A stretch of 63,269 nucleotides of DNA, filler included, from Dicyema japonicum (taxonomy: Eukaryota; Animalia; Dicyemida), in assembly GCA_011109175.1 (NCBI GenBank). It is 8 parts of 8 records of this genome, joined end to end, with 100 filler letters (N's around TTAATTAATTAA, not from the genome) between each part and the next. Parts side by side here need not be neighbours in the genome. Positions count along the whole stretch, not along the records: positions 1 to 10,713 come from RDEW01000021.1; positions 10,814 to 27,957 come from RDEW01000066.1; 6 more parts are not named here. One strand, 5' to 3'. Position 1 is the first letter of the stretch. Each line of letters starts with the position of its first letter. Of this stretch, positions 1-13,300 are shown piece after piece. The translations under genes and the position numbers were made by a program. The notes below the pieces were generated by a model. The model saw only the letters and a list, made by a program, of their open reading frames with translations, was not told the DNA's origin and did not search any database.

Positions 1-1050
1 GACCGGCTGAAGAGATGCCATCTGTTGGACATGAAGTCTTTGACAGCTTTCAGACAATTAAATTAAAGGATCTGTCAGAACATAAAAGAACACAAGGACA
101 AGAGATGGCAGCATCTAGTTAACCACCTCGACAGGAAAAATACATCCCGATATTTCTGGAAAACTCTTAAACAAGTCAAGTTGGAGCTGGATGATGCAGA
201 CGGAACCGGAAAGTCTTCTCCTGAACACTTATGCCACCTACATCCTAACACCCTTATGAAACAAGAGTAGTCAGTTGTGATCTCAGATCTAGATCACAAT
301 TACTACCGAACGGCGTACCATAAGAGTCTCCACTTTCACCAATTCTATTCAACCTATTCCTACACGACCTACCTAATGATGGAGACGAATATTCCCTCCA
401 TTATCCTACGCAGACGATGTAGTCATTGCATTACGGAACCATTCATGCAAGTCACATCCTTTAAGACTCAGGCAAAATTAAATATTCTCCACGATTGGAT
501 TGTTGGCAATCGACTTACGATTTCGGCAAAAAACTCAATTTCAACTCCCACGCAAAAGACATGATTACCAGGGGCCTCCAGAAAATTAACGTTTTACGCG
601 CCCTTCTCCGGAGGACCCCATGAATATGGACTTTTCTGTTTGTACCTTCTACCAACAAACAATCGCGCCAGCCGTTGAGAATGCCTACATTGCATGAAGA
701 TTTGCGCTATCGGAGTCTATGGTCGAAAGAGTCAACCCAATACACCAGAAAACAATCAGTATGCTTTCCCACGTAATGGATCAACAGTCGACCCAATACT
801 CATGGAAGCTAAGATCCGTAGTCGTGGCTACGGATTTCTTCGCGTCTGTGAGGAAGATAGAAATCCGCTTCGCCTGATCCTTTCAATAGAAAGAGAAAAC
901 CGATTGGATAAGAAATTCCTTTCCCGATCAAATTTTTCTGAAGACCGAGAGAAGGCACTTCCGGAAAGTAGTGGACAATGGAAGATCACAGACGTCGAAT
1001 GGCACAATTGATTGCGAGGACTGGGATCACCTAACTGTTTGACTCTTTTG
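1..1050 (+). mobile_element. Degenerate non-LTR retrotransposon remnant (I/Jockey-like)
   Basis: Frameshifted translation gives the pre-RT segment IKEHKDKRWQHLVNHLDRKNTSRYFWKTLK and the post-RT segment FYQQTIAPAVENAYIA*, resembling the LINE Y...IRPxLEYA..AW motif. Many stops; the RT core is absent. Confidence 0.5.
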
Positions 1051-1229
1051 TCTTTCATTCTCGGTGTTCGGGGATATTAAAATAAAAAAATTGAGTCCAT
1101 AATCGAGACTTCTGGAGATTCTACTAGAATACTTGCTATTCGACCGGCTTTTGATTTTTTAAAGAGTATTCTGAATTTTCTGATATTGGTTGATTTGAGT
1201 TTATGAAAAACTCAATTCATCCAGCTTTC

Positions 1230-2430
1230 CTGGTCGATGACTGTAGAGACGTTGATGCCTTACCCACACGTCTTTCTACTTCTAAAGAATGTACAGAAAT
1301 CAGAGATATAAATCATTAAACGTAAGATTGACAGATAGACTTTTACTAGTTCTTTCTAAAATAAATAGCTTCTAATTTAAATTAACACCGACGTGCCTGT
1401 ATGTTAACTGAAAGATTTAAGTTAGTTGTGGTTGGATTAATGACCTTTTTATTGTAGGGACACATTTTGACGATACTGTCTGCATCAGACAAAGATTTAA
1501 GATATGACATGTGACATAAACTGATATGGATATCATGGCCTTACATGTCTAATAACCTCGGAATGAGTTCCACGACAAAGCAATAAACGGATGCTGCTGC
1601 TAAAGCTGAGAAGGCATAGGGGTAGAAATACGAAAGACATCTTGACCAGACTGCTACACGTTCTATACAGTCGTGGTTGAAACAATTGGAGAAATAAATA
1701 GGAATTCATTTTCTCAAAACGGTTTAAACAATAGCAACACTCATGAGCCATAACGAACCTAAGACCAAATGATTTCTTCAGTTAATCTCAATTGCCATCG
1801 CTAAATTGAACGTGGTGCCATATTGCTATTAGATTAAAAATCTCTTTATTCTAGTGTTATCATCTGATAAACTTTAACTAGATGACGACAATAAAATGTA
1901 TCGGGATCACCGGATTAGTTAGTTCGTGTTTACCTTTGGAATAATTCTATGGTGAGACATTGCGGGGACATTAAATTCTTCCAATTTGACATTATTTAAA
2001 GCTCTTGCAATGAAATTAAATATAAAAAATTAAAATAGTATTTCATTTATTTTAGAAACCAAATTCGATGGCAAACTCAGAATCCATAAGAGAGAACTAG
2101 GGGGAACATCCCGTTAATGTAGATATTGCTAACATTAGTGATAAACTTCATTTATCAGACTTATAAGTATTAAGTGAAATGTTCGGACAAGAACAAGGGA
2201 ATCCACTATGTTTATTTGTGGTGACCTAAAAATTAGCGATCTTTCCTCAGACATCTGTCCCCCATTGATTTTCTTGAAAATTCTTTCATTAAAACACAAA
2301 TTATTCGACATGAAAAATATGAGCCAACCCAAACGAGATATGTTAAACCTCAGGAAAACATTTTCCGTGATATCTTGCTTCATGCTAGTAACTAGTTCTT
2401 GAGGAATATGGTTGCTTCCGATATCCATAC
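1230..2430 (-). mobile_element. Penelope-like element remnant
   Basis: ORF 2135-2428 FFMSNNLCFNERIFKKINGGQMSEERSLIF resembles the Penelope RT motif F.F....YKQI.G..MGS.LS. Downstream TVLRK/RLYRTCSS segments resemble the thumb region. 1270-1680 is homologous to 57165-57860. Confidence 0.45.
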
Positions 2431-2726
2431 CATTTTCTGTCTATCACCTAGCAAAATAGGGAGACGATACTAGGTATACATTCATTATGTAACCACCGTG
2501 AAAATAATCAGTAATAATTAATCGGTGGAGGAAGCTAGGCGCACGATACGTCTCTTATGAGTAATTGCCCAGAACTTGATCGTGTTATGGTTTTCCGTAT
2601 GTTTCTGTCAAATGGTACTCTCCGAATAATCAGCAATGAGGGAGGACCTATCCAATACAGCGTTCCAAACCAGTCCTCCGATGCCTTTGGTCGAGTTATT
2701 GTCAATTTTTTGAATTGGTTATATCA

Positions 2727-2953
2727 GGAAGAGGCTGAGTAATTTATGCCAGTTTAAAAACAACAGGTACGTTATAGTAGAAATTATTGTACTTTAGTTC
2801 TTCGCTTGAGTCACAAAATGGAAAAGGTGGTCTGGTTCCGGAAGAGGCTGAGTAATTTATGCCAGTTTAAAAACAACAGGTGCGTTATAGTAGAAATTAT
2901 TGTACTTTAGTTCTTCGCTTGAGTCACAAAATGGCTAAGGTGGTCTTGTTCCG
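2727..2953. repeat. Near-perfect tandem duplication, 113-bp unit
   Basis: GGAAGAGGCTGAGTAATT... starts at 2727 and again at 2840; few substitutions. Confidence 0.9.
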
Positions 2954-4398
2954 AGATTTAATTTAAAAATTGGAAGTTCCTCATACAGAGGTAATCCACT
3001 GGGGAATTTTGGTTTTCCAGTGGAAGAGATGTGACGATTTTCTATCCACATCAGTAATAGTAATTATTTAGTTTATATAAATTATTAATTTTATAAATTT
3101 TCATAATAATAAAAAATATAAAAGTAATGAATTTTTACATTATTTTTTGTTGGTGTCTAAGAATAGTGAAATTCTAAGCAATTTTACTATTAGCTGATAA
3201 GTAGATTTCTTTCTAAACCTCATGAAGACTATGAAATATTTTGGGGTGATATTCCTGATAATGAAAGCGAAAAACAATGTATTCTAAACTGATTTTAATC
3301 ATCTGAGAATTCACAAATGCTTAAACTTGGAAATTCCACGGATTTTAAATAACTAAACGAATAATTCAAAATCACTCAACAACGGACAGAACTGGTTAGA
3401 GTCTTCGAGAAGACAGAATCAATTGATTTTGACGTAATTGTCATTTTAAGCTACCAGATTGTCTGTTACTGACTTTATCTCCAACAAGAGCAATGCAAAT
3501 TGTGAGGTTTCTCTCCTAATTACCTTCCACAAACATAGTGATTCCGCGATTCTGTTAAATCAACGGAAAAAGTTTCAATTTTTTCTAATAGCAGATCGAA
3601 CGTTAACTCTTTAAAGGTCGAACAATGATAGTCCACAATAGAATCCAACAGAAAGGTTGCTTGTCTTTTAATCGAAGACTGAGTAACTATGCTACCCACT
3701 CGAGGACGTCTCCAGGCGGAGAGAAAGGGTTAATGTCTATAATTTGATAAAGGTCTGGTTCGATTGTGAGATTAGTGCAAAGTCAGTCGGAGAAGGACAT
3801 CAAGGCAGTCCACGAATTGAACGAAGGCACTCTAAAGTCTGCCTTCAGTCTGACGGACTACGAGAGGGCAGTAATGATAGCATGGACGTTGAAAGTGCCA
3901 TGAACATGCAGATCGAGCTGAACAGACTGCAGTGTCTACAGGAAAGGTTTGAGAGAAAGTCAGATTTACATCAAATATATTATGATGAGCTAAATAGAAA
4001 GGACGATCGTTTTTGCACAAAGCCAGATCTTATTCTAATTTTATTTATAACAAAAAACGAGAATCACCTACAATTAAAAAAGAGTAGGGGCCGTCAGGTT
4101 AACCCGGACACTTTAAACAGCCATTTCATCCTTTCTCAATGCTCCTCCCAGTCCCGATACACTTCCTGTATAGATGAATCACTTTTTGAAAGTATCTATG
4201 ACATTCGATTTTATCTTTAATCTCCATCTTTTTGAAAACAATCTATCATTTCTTGTTCCTTTATAGCTGCCACTTGCAATAATTTCTATAATCAGTAATA
4301 TAACCATTGATTGCATCTATCCTTGAAATTTAATCAACAAGTGAATTATCAGGTTGATAATATTTACACTTGGCTGTCTAGAGTTGTTTATCATAAAT

Positions 4399-4620
4399 TC
4401 ACAGTTTTCCAATATTCACAGGTTTTAAGAATTTTTGATGTATTTTTTTCAAATCAATCTTTTCTGTGCAATGGAAATGTCTTTCCTTTTCGAGGCATGT
4501 GGCACTGTGTCACAGTTTTCCAATATTCACAGGTTTTAAGAATTTTCGATGTATTTTTTTCAAATCAATCTTTTCTGTGCAATGGAAATGTTTTTCCTTT
4601 TCGAGGCATGTGGCACTGTG
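4399..4620. repeat. Near-perfect tandem duplication, 111-bp unit
   Basis: TCACAGTTTTCCAATATTC... starts at 4399 and again at 4510. Confidence 0.9.
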
Positions 4621-5136
4621 GAAATTAAAATTTATATTCAATTAAAAAAATAAATTAATGAGAGACATCAATATCTGCCAATGAGCGAACCAATCAACTG
4701 TAGTTAGAAAGCGAGCGAACCTTTTTAAAAGCCGTAGTGGCACTAGGCAATTTTCTCGATTCACGTAAATCCCCATTGATGATTAAAGATCAGAGAAAGC
4801 AAAAAAGGAAGGAATCCTTTTTAATGTAGGTGGAAGTGTAGGAATCTAACTCACAGCCAATCGTTAGTGAAAGCACTAACCACTTTATTATTATCTAACA
4901 TCGATAAAGGAATCATCAAAATAGAAGGAGTTAACTATCAATTAAGAGACTTCGACAAGAATGAGAGGTTTTTGCTGTGTTGCATCATAGTACCACAGCT
5001 TTACTAAATCCAATCGATATTCTTTAATAAAAAGTTAGAAAAGAGGTGGGTTATTTTCCAAAATTTACGTTTTTTGGCGACTTGTATAGCTGATTAGTAG
5101 AAACGATAGGATTCGGAGCCGCATAGTAATGAAGCT

Positions 5137-5737
5137 GGAATTATTGTTTTAAGATTCTCACGTTGTCGAGTAATTGAGGAATAGCTAAGGAGAGAAATTT
5201 ATAATGTTAAATATATTTTCTATAATTAAAGATATATAATAAAAATGGTAATGAAGTATGTTTTATCATAGATATTTAATATATTATTATATCAAACAAT
5301 TAAGATAAAAATTAAATAAATTGACCTAATAAAATTTAGACTACATGAACATAACTATTTATTATATCATAATTATTCTGTTTAGCAAAATAGTCAAAAT
5401 AAAATGTGATGAGAGATATATATTAATTGANATGTTGGAATTATTGTTTAAGATTCTCACGTTGTCGAGTAATGGAAGAATAGTTAAGGAGAGAAATTTA
5501 TAATGTTAAATATATTTTCTATAATTAAAGATATATAATAAAAATGGTAATGAAGTATGTTTTATCATAGATATTTAATATATTATTATATCAAACAATT
5601 AAGATAAAAATTAAATAAAATAAAATTTGACCTAATAAAATTTAGATTACATGAACAGAACTATTTATTATATCATAATTATTCTGTTTAGCAAAATAGT
5701 CAAAATAAAATGTGATGAGAGATATATATTAATTGAT
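5137..5737. repeat. ~300-bp duplication around a single N (probable contig-overlap artefact)
   Basis: The same AT-rich block lies on both sides of the n at 5431. Confidence 0.8.
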
Positions 5738-5769
5738 TCATATGTAATTTTCAATAATCCTTCAATAGT

Positions 5770-6954
5770 ATAAATTTCGTTAACTTTAGGAATATAGTTT
5801 ATCAAAGTTACTTTCCGAGAAAAATATAGATGTATGGCAAACTAATGGTACGGATTTGTCTTCTTTAACTAACATAAAATTTAAACTTATTCCATACTTC
5901 TACAATGAGTTTTATACTATTGACTTAGTAACAGAAATTGATTATGGTACTTTTTTTTGTTGTACTTAAGCTGGTAAGCGATATACTAATATCACAAAGA
6001 TTCCTAACACTAAATATGGGGAATACTACCGATGTGGTTATGCTTATATTAGTTTTTCGAATAATATATCTGTTACATTTTATTCAATCAAGTTGCAATA
6101 TAACGATAAAGGTATTTTGTATCATTTTTCTCAAAAAGGTTTTTATTAAAATTTATTTAGCTAATGACTGTAACCCAAAAAATGACCCAAATACGTCGAT
6201 TTGGTTTTTATTCAACAAAAATAGAATCCGAGCAGTAATAAGTGGAAATATCAAAATATCATATATTGACAAAAACGAAATTGTACACGTTTGCATTGAT
6301 TCTTAGATAACAGAAGAGCATTTCAGTGATTATCAATATAATATGTATACACGTGTTTATAGAAACCATAAATATATATTGGATGGTGTAAAATCTATAA
6401 TATTTATTACGGCGGATAAACTAAATGAAGAAAAATATATTATTTATAATTTTTATGTATGTGTTGGACATGAAAGAGATAAATGCGTTTTTCTTGAAAA
6501 GCCATTTAAACAAATTAATATTGGAGGATATTATCAATGTGGATTCATCTCACAAAACTATAAAAATGTGTCAATCGAAATTTCATCTTTTAAATTACAA
6601 TTTTTCCGTGATGATATGATTTTTGAATTTATTGGAGATGGTAAATAAATCCGACTGAATTTTAGATGAAGGATGCTTTGAAGAACAAATATCGAATGAA
6701 ATTAATGACAAAAAGAACATATGTAAACATCGTAATTCTGTAAAACCGACTAAATTTTAGATAAAATAAGTTTTGAAGAACTAATTTCGTCTGAAAGTAA
6801 ACCCGTTAAAAAATTGACGAAAAATCAAATAATTGGAATCGTGTGTGGAGTTGTTGGACTAATATTCACATGTGTCATTGTCGCTATTTATCTCAAACCG
6901 AAATCACATACTGAAATACAGGAAAGCATTCCATTAATCTTTGTAACTAACTAA
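5770..6954 (+). CDS. Type I membrane protein with two LAMP-like luminal domains (5' end uncertain)
   Basis: Splicing micro-introns gives GEYYRCGYAYISFSNNISVTFYSIKLQY...K|ANDC and GGYYQCGFISQNYKNVSIEISSFKLQFF...D|DEGC, both like the LAMP xYxC...xLQxF...C motif. These are followed by the TM IIGIVCGVVGLIFTCVIVAIYL and a tail containing ESIPLI. One probable homopolymer frameshift lies near 5951. Confidence 0.55.
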
Positions 6955-8051
6955 TTTTAATTCGTAAACAGTCTTCAATTTATTTGAATTTATTATATTA
7001 TTTGAACTACAGTCGATATTCGAAAAACTTACAAAATTTTGAATTTTGTCAATTGTAACAAAGTATACCAGATGATTTATCCATAAATTTGGCATCGGAA
7101 ACCCCCTTGTTCAACATAAAAGATCTTCGGCTAACAGTAGACGACCAATTCGTCGAATCTGATAAATAATGAACAAGGTCCCCAAGCATTATTATTCTAT
7201 GATCAATATTTCGGACATACTAACAAGACAACAATTTTCCAATTTATAATATAGGCTGCCTTTACAGTCCACTTCGCTCAAAATAAATTAATAATGTGTA
7301 CCACAATAGCTTGTACGACTATGAGTAGTTATTTTTTATCATGTCAAGACCAATGTAAAAACCCGAAGAACAAACTACACACAATTCCAAAAAATTCGTG
7401 CTCCATGATCTTTACTTCGAATAGAAGATTCTATTAGGAGAATGATGGTTTCGCAGTGGAGGTGGTTGGACGGTGTGAATTTGTTGCATCTGATTATTTT
7501 CGAATGACCGGAAATATATTTGGGACATCAACAATTCTAAGATGTCTGAATTCAAGACTGGACAATGATCATTTTTTAACAAACCTTTAATTTCTCAAAT
7601 TTTGATCTAATCGTCGAGTCTCTCTTGTTATTGGTAATGCTTTTTTGATTATAAATAGAATTCCTCATTTAAAGTTCAGGCAATTTCATAAACGTAGCTA
7701 TTTTAAATAGCTGGGCATTCCGTTCAATATGATGTTAGGCCAACTTTCAATCCTATATTTAATTATTTCTGATACACCGAGAAAAAAATATCAAATAACT
7801 ATAGAACAGGCAATACTTAAACAGTGGATCAACTAGCTACGGAATAATTTTGCGACTCTGTTGATAGGCTTTGAAAAATGCCATTGATTCACCTGATCAT
7901 GCTCGGCTTCGACTTCTTGTATAGGGTACTTGATAACTCTGCCTTCCCTACTGGAATGTAGATTTTGCGAAAAATTTATTCAAAAAATTGAAAATTAAGC
8001 GATTATTATTGTCAACCATAACCTGGGATCTTTTTTTATGCAACTAACTAT

Positions 8052-8784
8052 CTGCTGTTTATTATTATTATCAGCACTGCCGAGAACACATAAAAAAACA
8101 AAAGTCAATTTATGTTCCCTTGTGCCCTGCCGGCCACCCTTTGCACCAATCGCATCCAAAAGCCTCTCCGTTTCGCAAGATCTCTTAGTTCATCGACGTC
8201 ATCTATTGTTTTCAACTCCCTGCCTATGGCTTTTTCGTCCTCATTTAACGTGATAGGTAAGGTTGTTCTAGGTCTTCCTCGTAATGATTTTGTTTTTTCC
8301 ATGAAATATTCATCTATTACGTCATCCAGGTCCATCCTCAGAATGTGACCGTACAGTCTCCATCTTGATCTTCTGATTTCCATTGATAATGGTTCTGTTT
8401 TGCTCAACTTATATAATTGTTCGTTTTTGATCTTCATTTTGTAGTGAATATTAAGTGCTTTCCGAAGCATACTGCGGTCGAAACTGTCAATAGACTCATT
8501 GCGCGATTATACAAACCCCATGTCCCACAGGTATATTTTAGGATGTGCACAACGAAGTATTTGTATATCATAAGCTTTATTTTTCCACAAAGTCTTCTAC
8601 CCGAACTCCATATTTTAGATAGGCTTCTGAAAGCACCAGATGCATGGATTTTTAGTCGAGCTACATCTTCTACACCTTCTAATGTCTTCTCCACGTCTCG
8701 TCGGATATCCTCTCTGCAAGGCTGAATGATATAAATTCCGTTTTGTTAGTTTTAATCTTCAAGAACCATTTTTGGAAAATGTTA
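8052..8784 (-). mobile_element. RTE-like LINE, 3' portion with (TAA)n tail
   Basis: FQKWFLKIKTNKTEF, YTCGTWG, RWRLYGHILR and RGRPRTTLP all match the C-terminal part of ORF 48638-51580. The 3' UTR TTCTCGGCAGTGCT is followed by TAATAATAATAA. Confidence 0.85.
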
Positions 8785-10445
8785 TTTTTGGTTGAAGTGG
8801 TGACGTCCCTCTTTAAAAATATGTTTTCTTCGCGCTTAATTACCCGTTGCCCATTCTCTCTTGGTACTTTCAACACTCGAGGCTTGAAGTTCATCACCAA
8901 AAAACATCAACTCGCACGTGATTTATCTATCCATGGTGTCATATTTGCTGCATTTAAGAGACAAAGATTACAGCATATTCTATTACGAAGTTGGATGATT
9001 ACTACATCATCACTTTGGACTCTAACTGCCGACATTATGGTCTTTATTTGCGGTTCACAGGGATCTTTACGACCGTGTGACACGCGTATGGGTGTCTTGG
9101 ATCGTATTGAAGTCATGCAACTGAAGTTTGGAACAAAGCCCAACTCTTTTATTTCTATCATCAATGTTTATGCTCCGACCACTGTCCGAGCTGATGCCAA
9201 TCCTGAAGAACTTGGTGCGTTTTACTCATGTTTGACAGGGACATATGACTCACTTTTGTCGTCATATGTGACGTTTATGATGGAGACTGGAATGCCAGAG
9301 TTGGTAAAGTAAGGAATAGGGAGACTTGTATTGGATCACATCGTCGAAATTCCTCTGGTGTCTCATTGGTTCAATTCTGCGAATCCTACAACTTATTTAT
9401 TACGAAAACTGCTTTTGAACACCCAGCAAGACATAAAACTTCCTGGATTGGTTCACGAAAGGGAAAAAATGGCAACTTGATTAAATTATATAATCAAATT
9501 GATTATATCTTGTGCAGAAAAAGGAACAAAAACCTAATACGAAACTCGAGATCATTCGATCGGCTTGAAACATCAAGTGATCACAAATTGGTGGGAAGTT
9601 TGTGCAAACCTGGAAGATATGGAAAAACGTAATTCGAAAGATTGGATACAGAAACTCTAATAAGCAATTAAATAAAGATGAAAGAGAATGGCGAAAATCT
9701 CAGAAAGGAATTAAGCAAGATAAATACAAACAATAGTGCATAGAATTTGTGGAATGACGTTGGTGTTGCAACGAAGAATACCGCGTCGTTGGTTTTGGGG
9801 ACTACTCACAAAAACAAATTCAAATATAACAACGAAGAAATATCATACTTATCTTCAGAACAAAAGAATTTGAGGATTAGAATTAATAATTCAAATATAC
9901 CACGTCTAAAAAAAGAGCTAAGGATAGTTCGTAACTCAATTTAAACAAAAATCAAAAGACTTCAATAATATCAAGTAAAAAAGGAAGTGGAGGAACAGGT
10001 CGATGAAATCAAGAAATATAAGAACGGATCCAAAATGTTCAAAGCCATTCAAATTATTAGCAAAAAGAAACGACCAGGGAATATTGTTATTCACGACCAA
10101 CATGGACGATCAGTATTGAATGTTATTGAAAAGGCGAACATAGTCTTTTCACACTACTATGACATCTTTAACAATCAAGAAATTGAAAACAAATTTCCAA
10201 TAACATCAACGGCTCCTATTAACTGCCCCATTATTATCGCAGAAACTATCAAGGAATAGGAAAACTATACTACAGGAAAGCGGCTGGTCCTGATAATATA
10301 CCTGCAGAGTTAATAAAATGTGGACCCACTGAATTGGGTGAAATAATCACCATCATACTCAATAAAGCATTTAAAGACAAAAACGATCTTGGAATTGGGA
10401 GAGGATGGCTAATTCCAATACCAAAACCTGGGAAACCTAGAGGTC
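8785..10445 (+). mobile_element. RTE-like LINE, 5' portion (APE endonuclease plus start of RT), decayed
   Basis: 5' motif TTTTTGGTTGAAGTGGTGACGTCCCTCT and ATG at 8821. Motifs GTFNTRGL, INVYAPT, YNQIDYIL, SSDHKLV, AGPDNIPAELIK and LIPIPKPGKP are present with frameshifts. Ends at the n at 10446. Confidence 0.85.
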
Positions 10446-10446
10446 N

Positions 10447-10660
10447 GTCGGAAGCGCGGTAGACACACTGCATGCCGCGGAAAAAAACGACGAGGGCAAA
10501 AGAAAAGAAATACGAAGCGCTACGCGACCGATTCGTGTTCTATCCCATTGTGGTCGAGACAACTGGAAGAATAAGTGGAAAATCTCTTCTTTTCATAAAG
10601 AAACTTGTATCCAGTTTCCACTTCTACAGAAACAGAGTCCATCCGGAATCAGCATAAAAG
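10447..10660 (+). mobile_element. CRE-like element, endonuclease C-terminal fragment
   Basis: AKEKKYEALRDRFVFYPIVVETTGRISGKSLLFIKKL parallels KLEKYSGSGEANVFIPVGVETSGVLG in ORF 43276-45894. Confidence 0.65.
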
Positions 10661-10757
10661 GTAAGGCGTCCATTACATGCAGTTGTGGAAACCCCTCAAG
10701 TGTAGTGGGGAAGNNNNNNNNNNNNNNNNNNNNNNNNNNNNNNNNNNNNNNNNNNNN

Positions 10758-10769
10758 TTAATTAATTAA
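10758..10769. other. Artificial scaffolding linker TTAATTAATTAA within N-runs (also near 28000, 30897, 34979, 38450, 45891, 61025)
   Basis: An identical six-frame-stop 12-mer sits between N-runs seven times. Confidence 0.95.
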
Positions 10770-11506
10770 NNNNNNNNNNNNNNNNNNNNNNNNNNNNNNN
10801 NNNNNNNNNNNNNTTCCTATCGGATCTTAGCGTGGCGTTACGTGGTCCACCAATTCACTTGGAATCTTCAATTGGATTTGGAAACGCTCAGGTGGAACCT
10901 AAGGCCCACCGAAAAAGGACCAATAGAATCTCTCCCCCTGGGACATCGTCGCCTCAGGACGATGCACTTTGCACAGGATCGAACCTTCCCGGAGGATCTC
11001 CGCCGTGCGATTTGCATCGGGATCACACATTAATTAGTTCGGTCTTACTGTGGTCTTGGTGAATAAAAATAAAATAAATAAGCAAACAGAGCCAAAACAT
11101 ATAAAGAAATTAACAAATGCTAGACCAAATCTGCCACTTTGCTTGCAATAAAAACCCTGCATTACTACTTCCCGTCAACAGACTGATCTATCTGAACAGT
11201 AAAGCGATTGCTGAATCGAAGCAAAATACGAGGCAATCCTTATTGACAGATTTTAATTAATTTTACTGTTTCACTTTTTCGTTATAAGTAAATTTAATGA
11301 CTTGTTCAAAATACCGGCCTCCCCTCTATACCGGACAATTCTGTAGGTCCCAAGAAAAATCGGTTTGAAGGGGTTTGACTGTAAATAAGTTACACAAATG
11401 ACAAAATTTACTTAGTAGTATTCAAAAAAATAGAGCTCACATTTCGATCCTCTTCCATGGTTCTGAAAACATCCGAATACGTGCATTCCAACAATCATCG
11501 CTTAAT

Positions 11507-11848
11507 AATAATAATAGCGGCACGTCCGCGAAGACAGAGGCACGCATGTACCTGAGCCTCCACTTGTGCCAGCCACACAAGAACAAGAGCAAAAGAGAAC
11601 AAGTAACTATTAATTCTAATTAATCCGAGGTGGGAGAGTTTTCTCTTGTCTTTTTAACTGTTCTTTTGTTTGCGTGTAGCTGAAGAAGACTAGGAAGCTC
11701 AACATCCCATCCGGAGATCCGTTCCATGCGGAGTCCGTGTATGATGAGATGTCCATGACGGCGTCACTCGTAAAACCCGATCGGAGCTTCCAGCACAGGC
11801 AGCCTCTGGGAATCGAACCCGGAACCAAGAGATTTAGTTACAAACACT
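11507..11848 (-). mobile_element. tRNA-derived SINE, 5'-truncated, with 15-bp TSD
   Basis: B-box GGGTTCGATTCCC and a (TAT)n tail. Flanks are CAATCATCGCTTAAT (11492-11506) and CAATCGTCGCTTAAT (11849-11863). Core is shared with 61969-62280. Confidence 0.7.
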
Positions 11849-12168
11849 CAATCGTCGCTTAATTTAACCATCAAATGAGATACTTTCCAAAGTTTTCTTG
11901 AAGAAAGGTGACTGGGTTTATACTCTTCTTCTAAAAATTCGTGGATGACGAGACATTTTTTAAATCCTGGCTTAACAAAAAATTAATGAAAAAATGATTA
12001 GTCAGAAAAGAAAAATCTTAATGTTATTGGACAAAGCTTCTTGCCCCAAAATATCCACATTTAACAAATTGATTTTTTATTTTTAACAAAAATACGGCAC
12101 CACTACTTCAACTACGGGATGCAGGAATCATTAATAATTTCAATTATAATTTTTTGAATGGTTTAATT

Positions 12169-12182
12169 CAGGGGTGGCCAAC
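12169..12182 (+). mobile_element. hAT-like terminal inverted repeat end
   Basis: CAGGGGTGGCCAAC resembles hAT/Charlie-type termini; the partner end was not identified. Confidence 0.35.
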
Positions 12183-12399
12183 CTTTTTCACCGGCGAGCT
12201 ACTTTTCATATTGCGATTTTTTGGCGATCGACTTATATATTTTAATAACATAATTTTTATGTTATAATTAAAAATTAAAGAGATTTTTGGCATTGTAATT
12301 CTCTTGCGATTATTTCGAATTCTGGTTCGTTTATCTAACTCCATTCCCCCTGAATTGGGAGGAATGCGGCACGAAGANAATTTCTAGCGTGATATTTAG

Positions 12400-13300
12400 C
12401 ATGAAAGATTATTTTGTTGCAATGGCTTCTTACAAGGGTTTTATAAAAGACTGCGTTGAATATCAAATTTTAAAAGATGCTTTACATGATAAATTTCCCG
12501 AAAATCTTCCGAGGCACCGAAAATATAGACTTATAAAGAAGATGGAGAATTTCACCATTATCAATGACAGGTATTGTAAATTTGTAATAAATTTACAGAC
12601 TTTATCTTAAATCAAGTGATCCCGAGTTAGTCATATCCACGGAAGGCCAAATAATCCCCGGGCTCAGGGAATTGTAGAAAGATTTAATCAAACGATAACC
12701 AGGAAGTTGTCAAAAATGATGGAAAACAGTGAAAAAAGAGGGTCGATAAATTAGAAAATGCTGTGTACAGTTATAACATATCTGTCCATTCATCTTCGAA
12801 CGAAAGTCCTTTCGAAAGATATCGAGGAATAAAGGGAATAAATTCAATAATCCATGGTTATACATATATCACATTATGTCTTAGATAATTTAAGTGATGA
12901 GTGTGTGAATTCGGAACAAATGGAGGATTTTGTTAATTGTTCGAGTCCAGAATCTATTGAAAATTCATGTAATTCGATTTAAAATCTATATCTAGATTAT
13001 TCCCAGTCAGACAATTTGTTTCCAACTGCGAAGAGATTCAATTTCGAAATCAACCCAATAGATGAAAATTTAAGTTATTACAAAGCTATGAACAGGAGAA
13101 TGAATGTTCATAATAGTAAGTATACTTTTAGCGTGGGAGATAAAGTACGAATTAGAAACATTAATAAATAGGTTCGGGTTAAAAAGGACTTTGGAACGAA
13201 TCCTTCATTGAGACTGGATAAGTTTGAGTCTCCGTATTATTCCGCTGCAGAAATAATTAATATTTTATCGAATAATCGCGTTGAGGTATTTTTAAATATG
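12400..13300 (+). mobile_element. Ginger/TDD-like DDE integrase remnant, internally deleted
   Basis: RKYRLIKKMENF N-terminus, then HGRPNNPRAQGIVERFNQTITRKL, YSYNISVHSSSNESPF and FSVGDKVRI. Related to 20600-21285. Confidence 0.6.

Noticed and set aside
3744-4220. 158-aa ORF
   Set aside because: No recognisable motif, alternative start codon and a low-complexity end; I cannot support it as a gene.
10815-11070. GC-richer segment ending in an A-rich tail
   Set aside because: Possibly a retroelement 3' end, but it starts at a gap and has no diagnostic motif.
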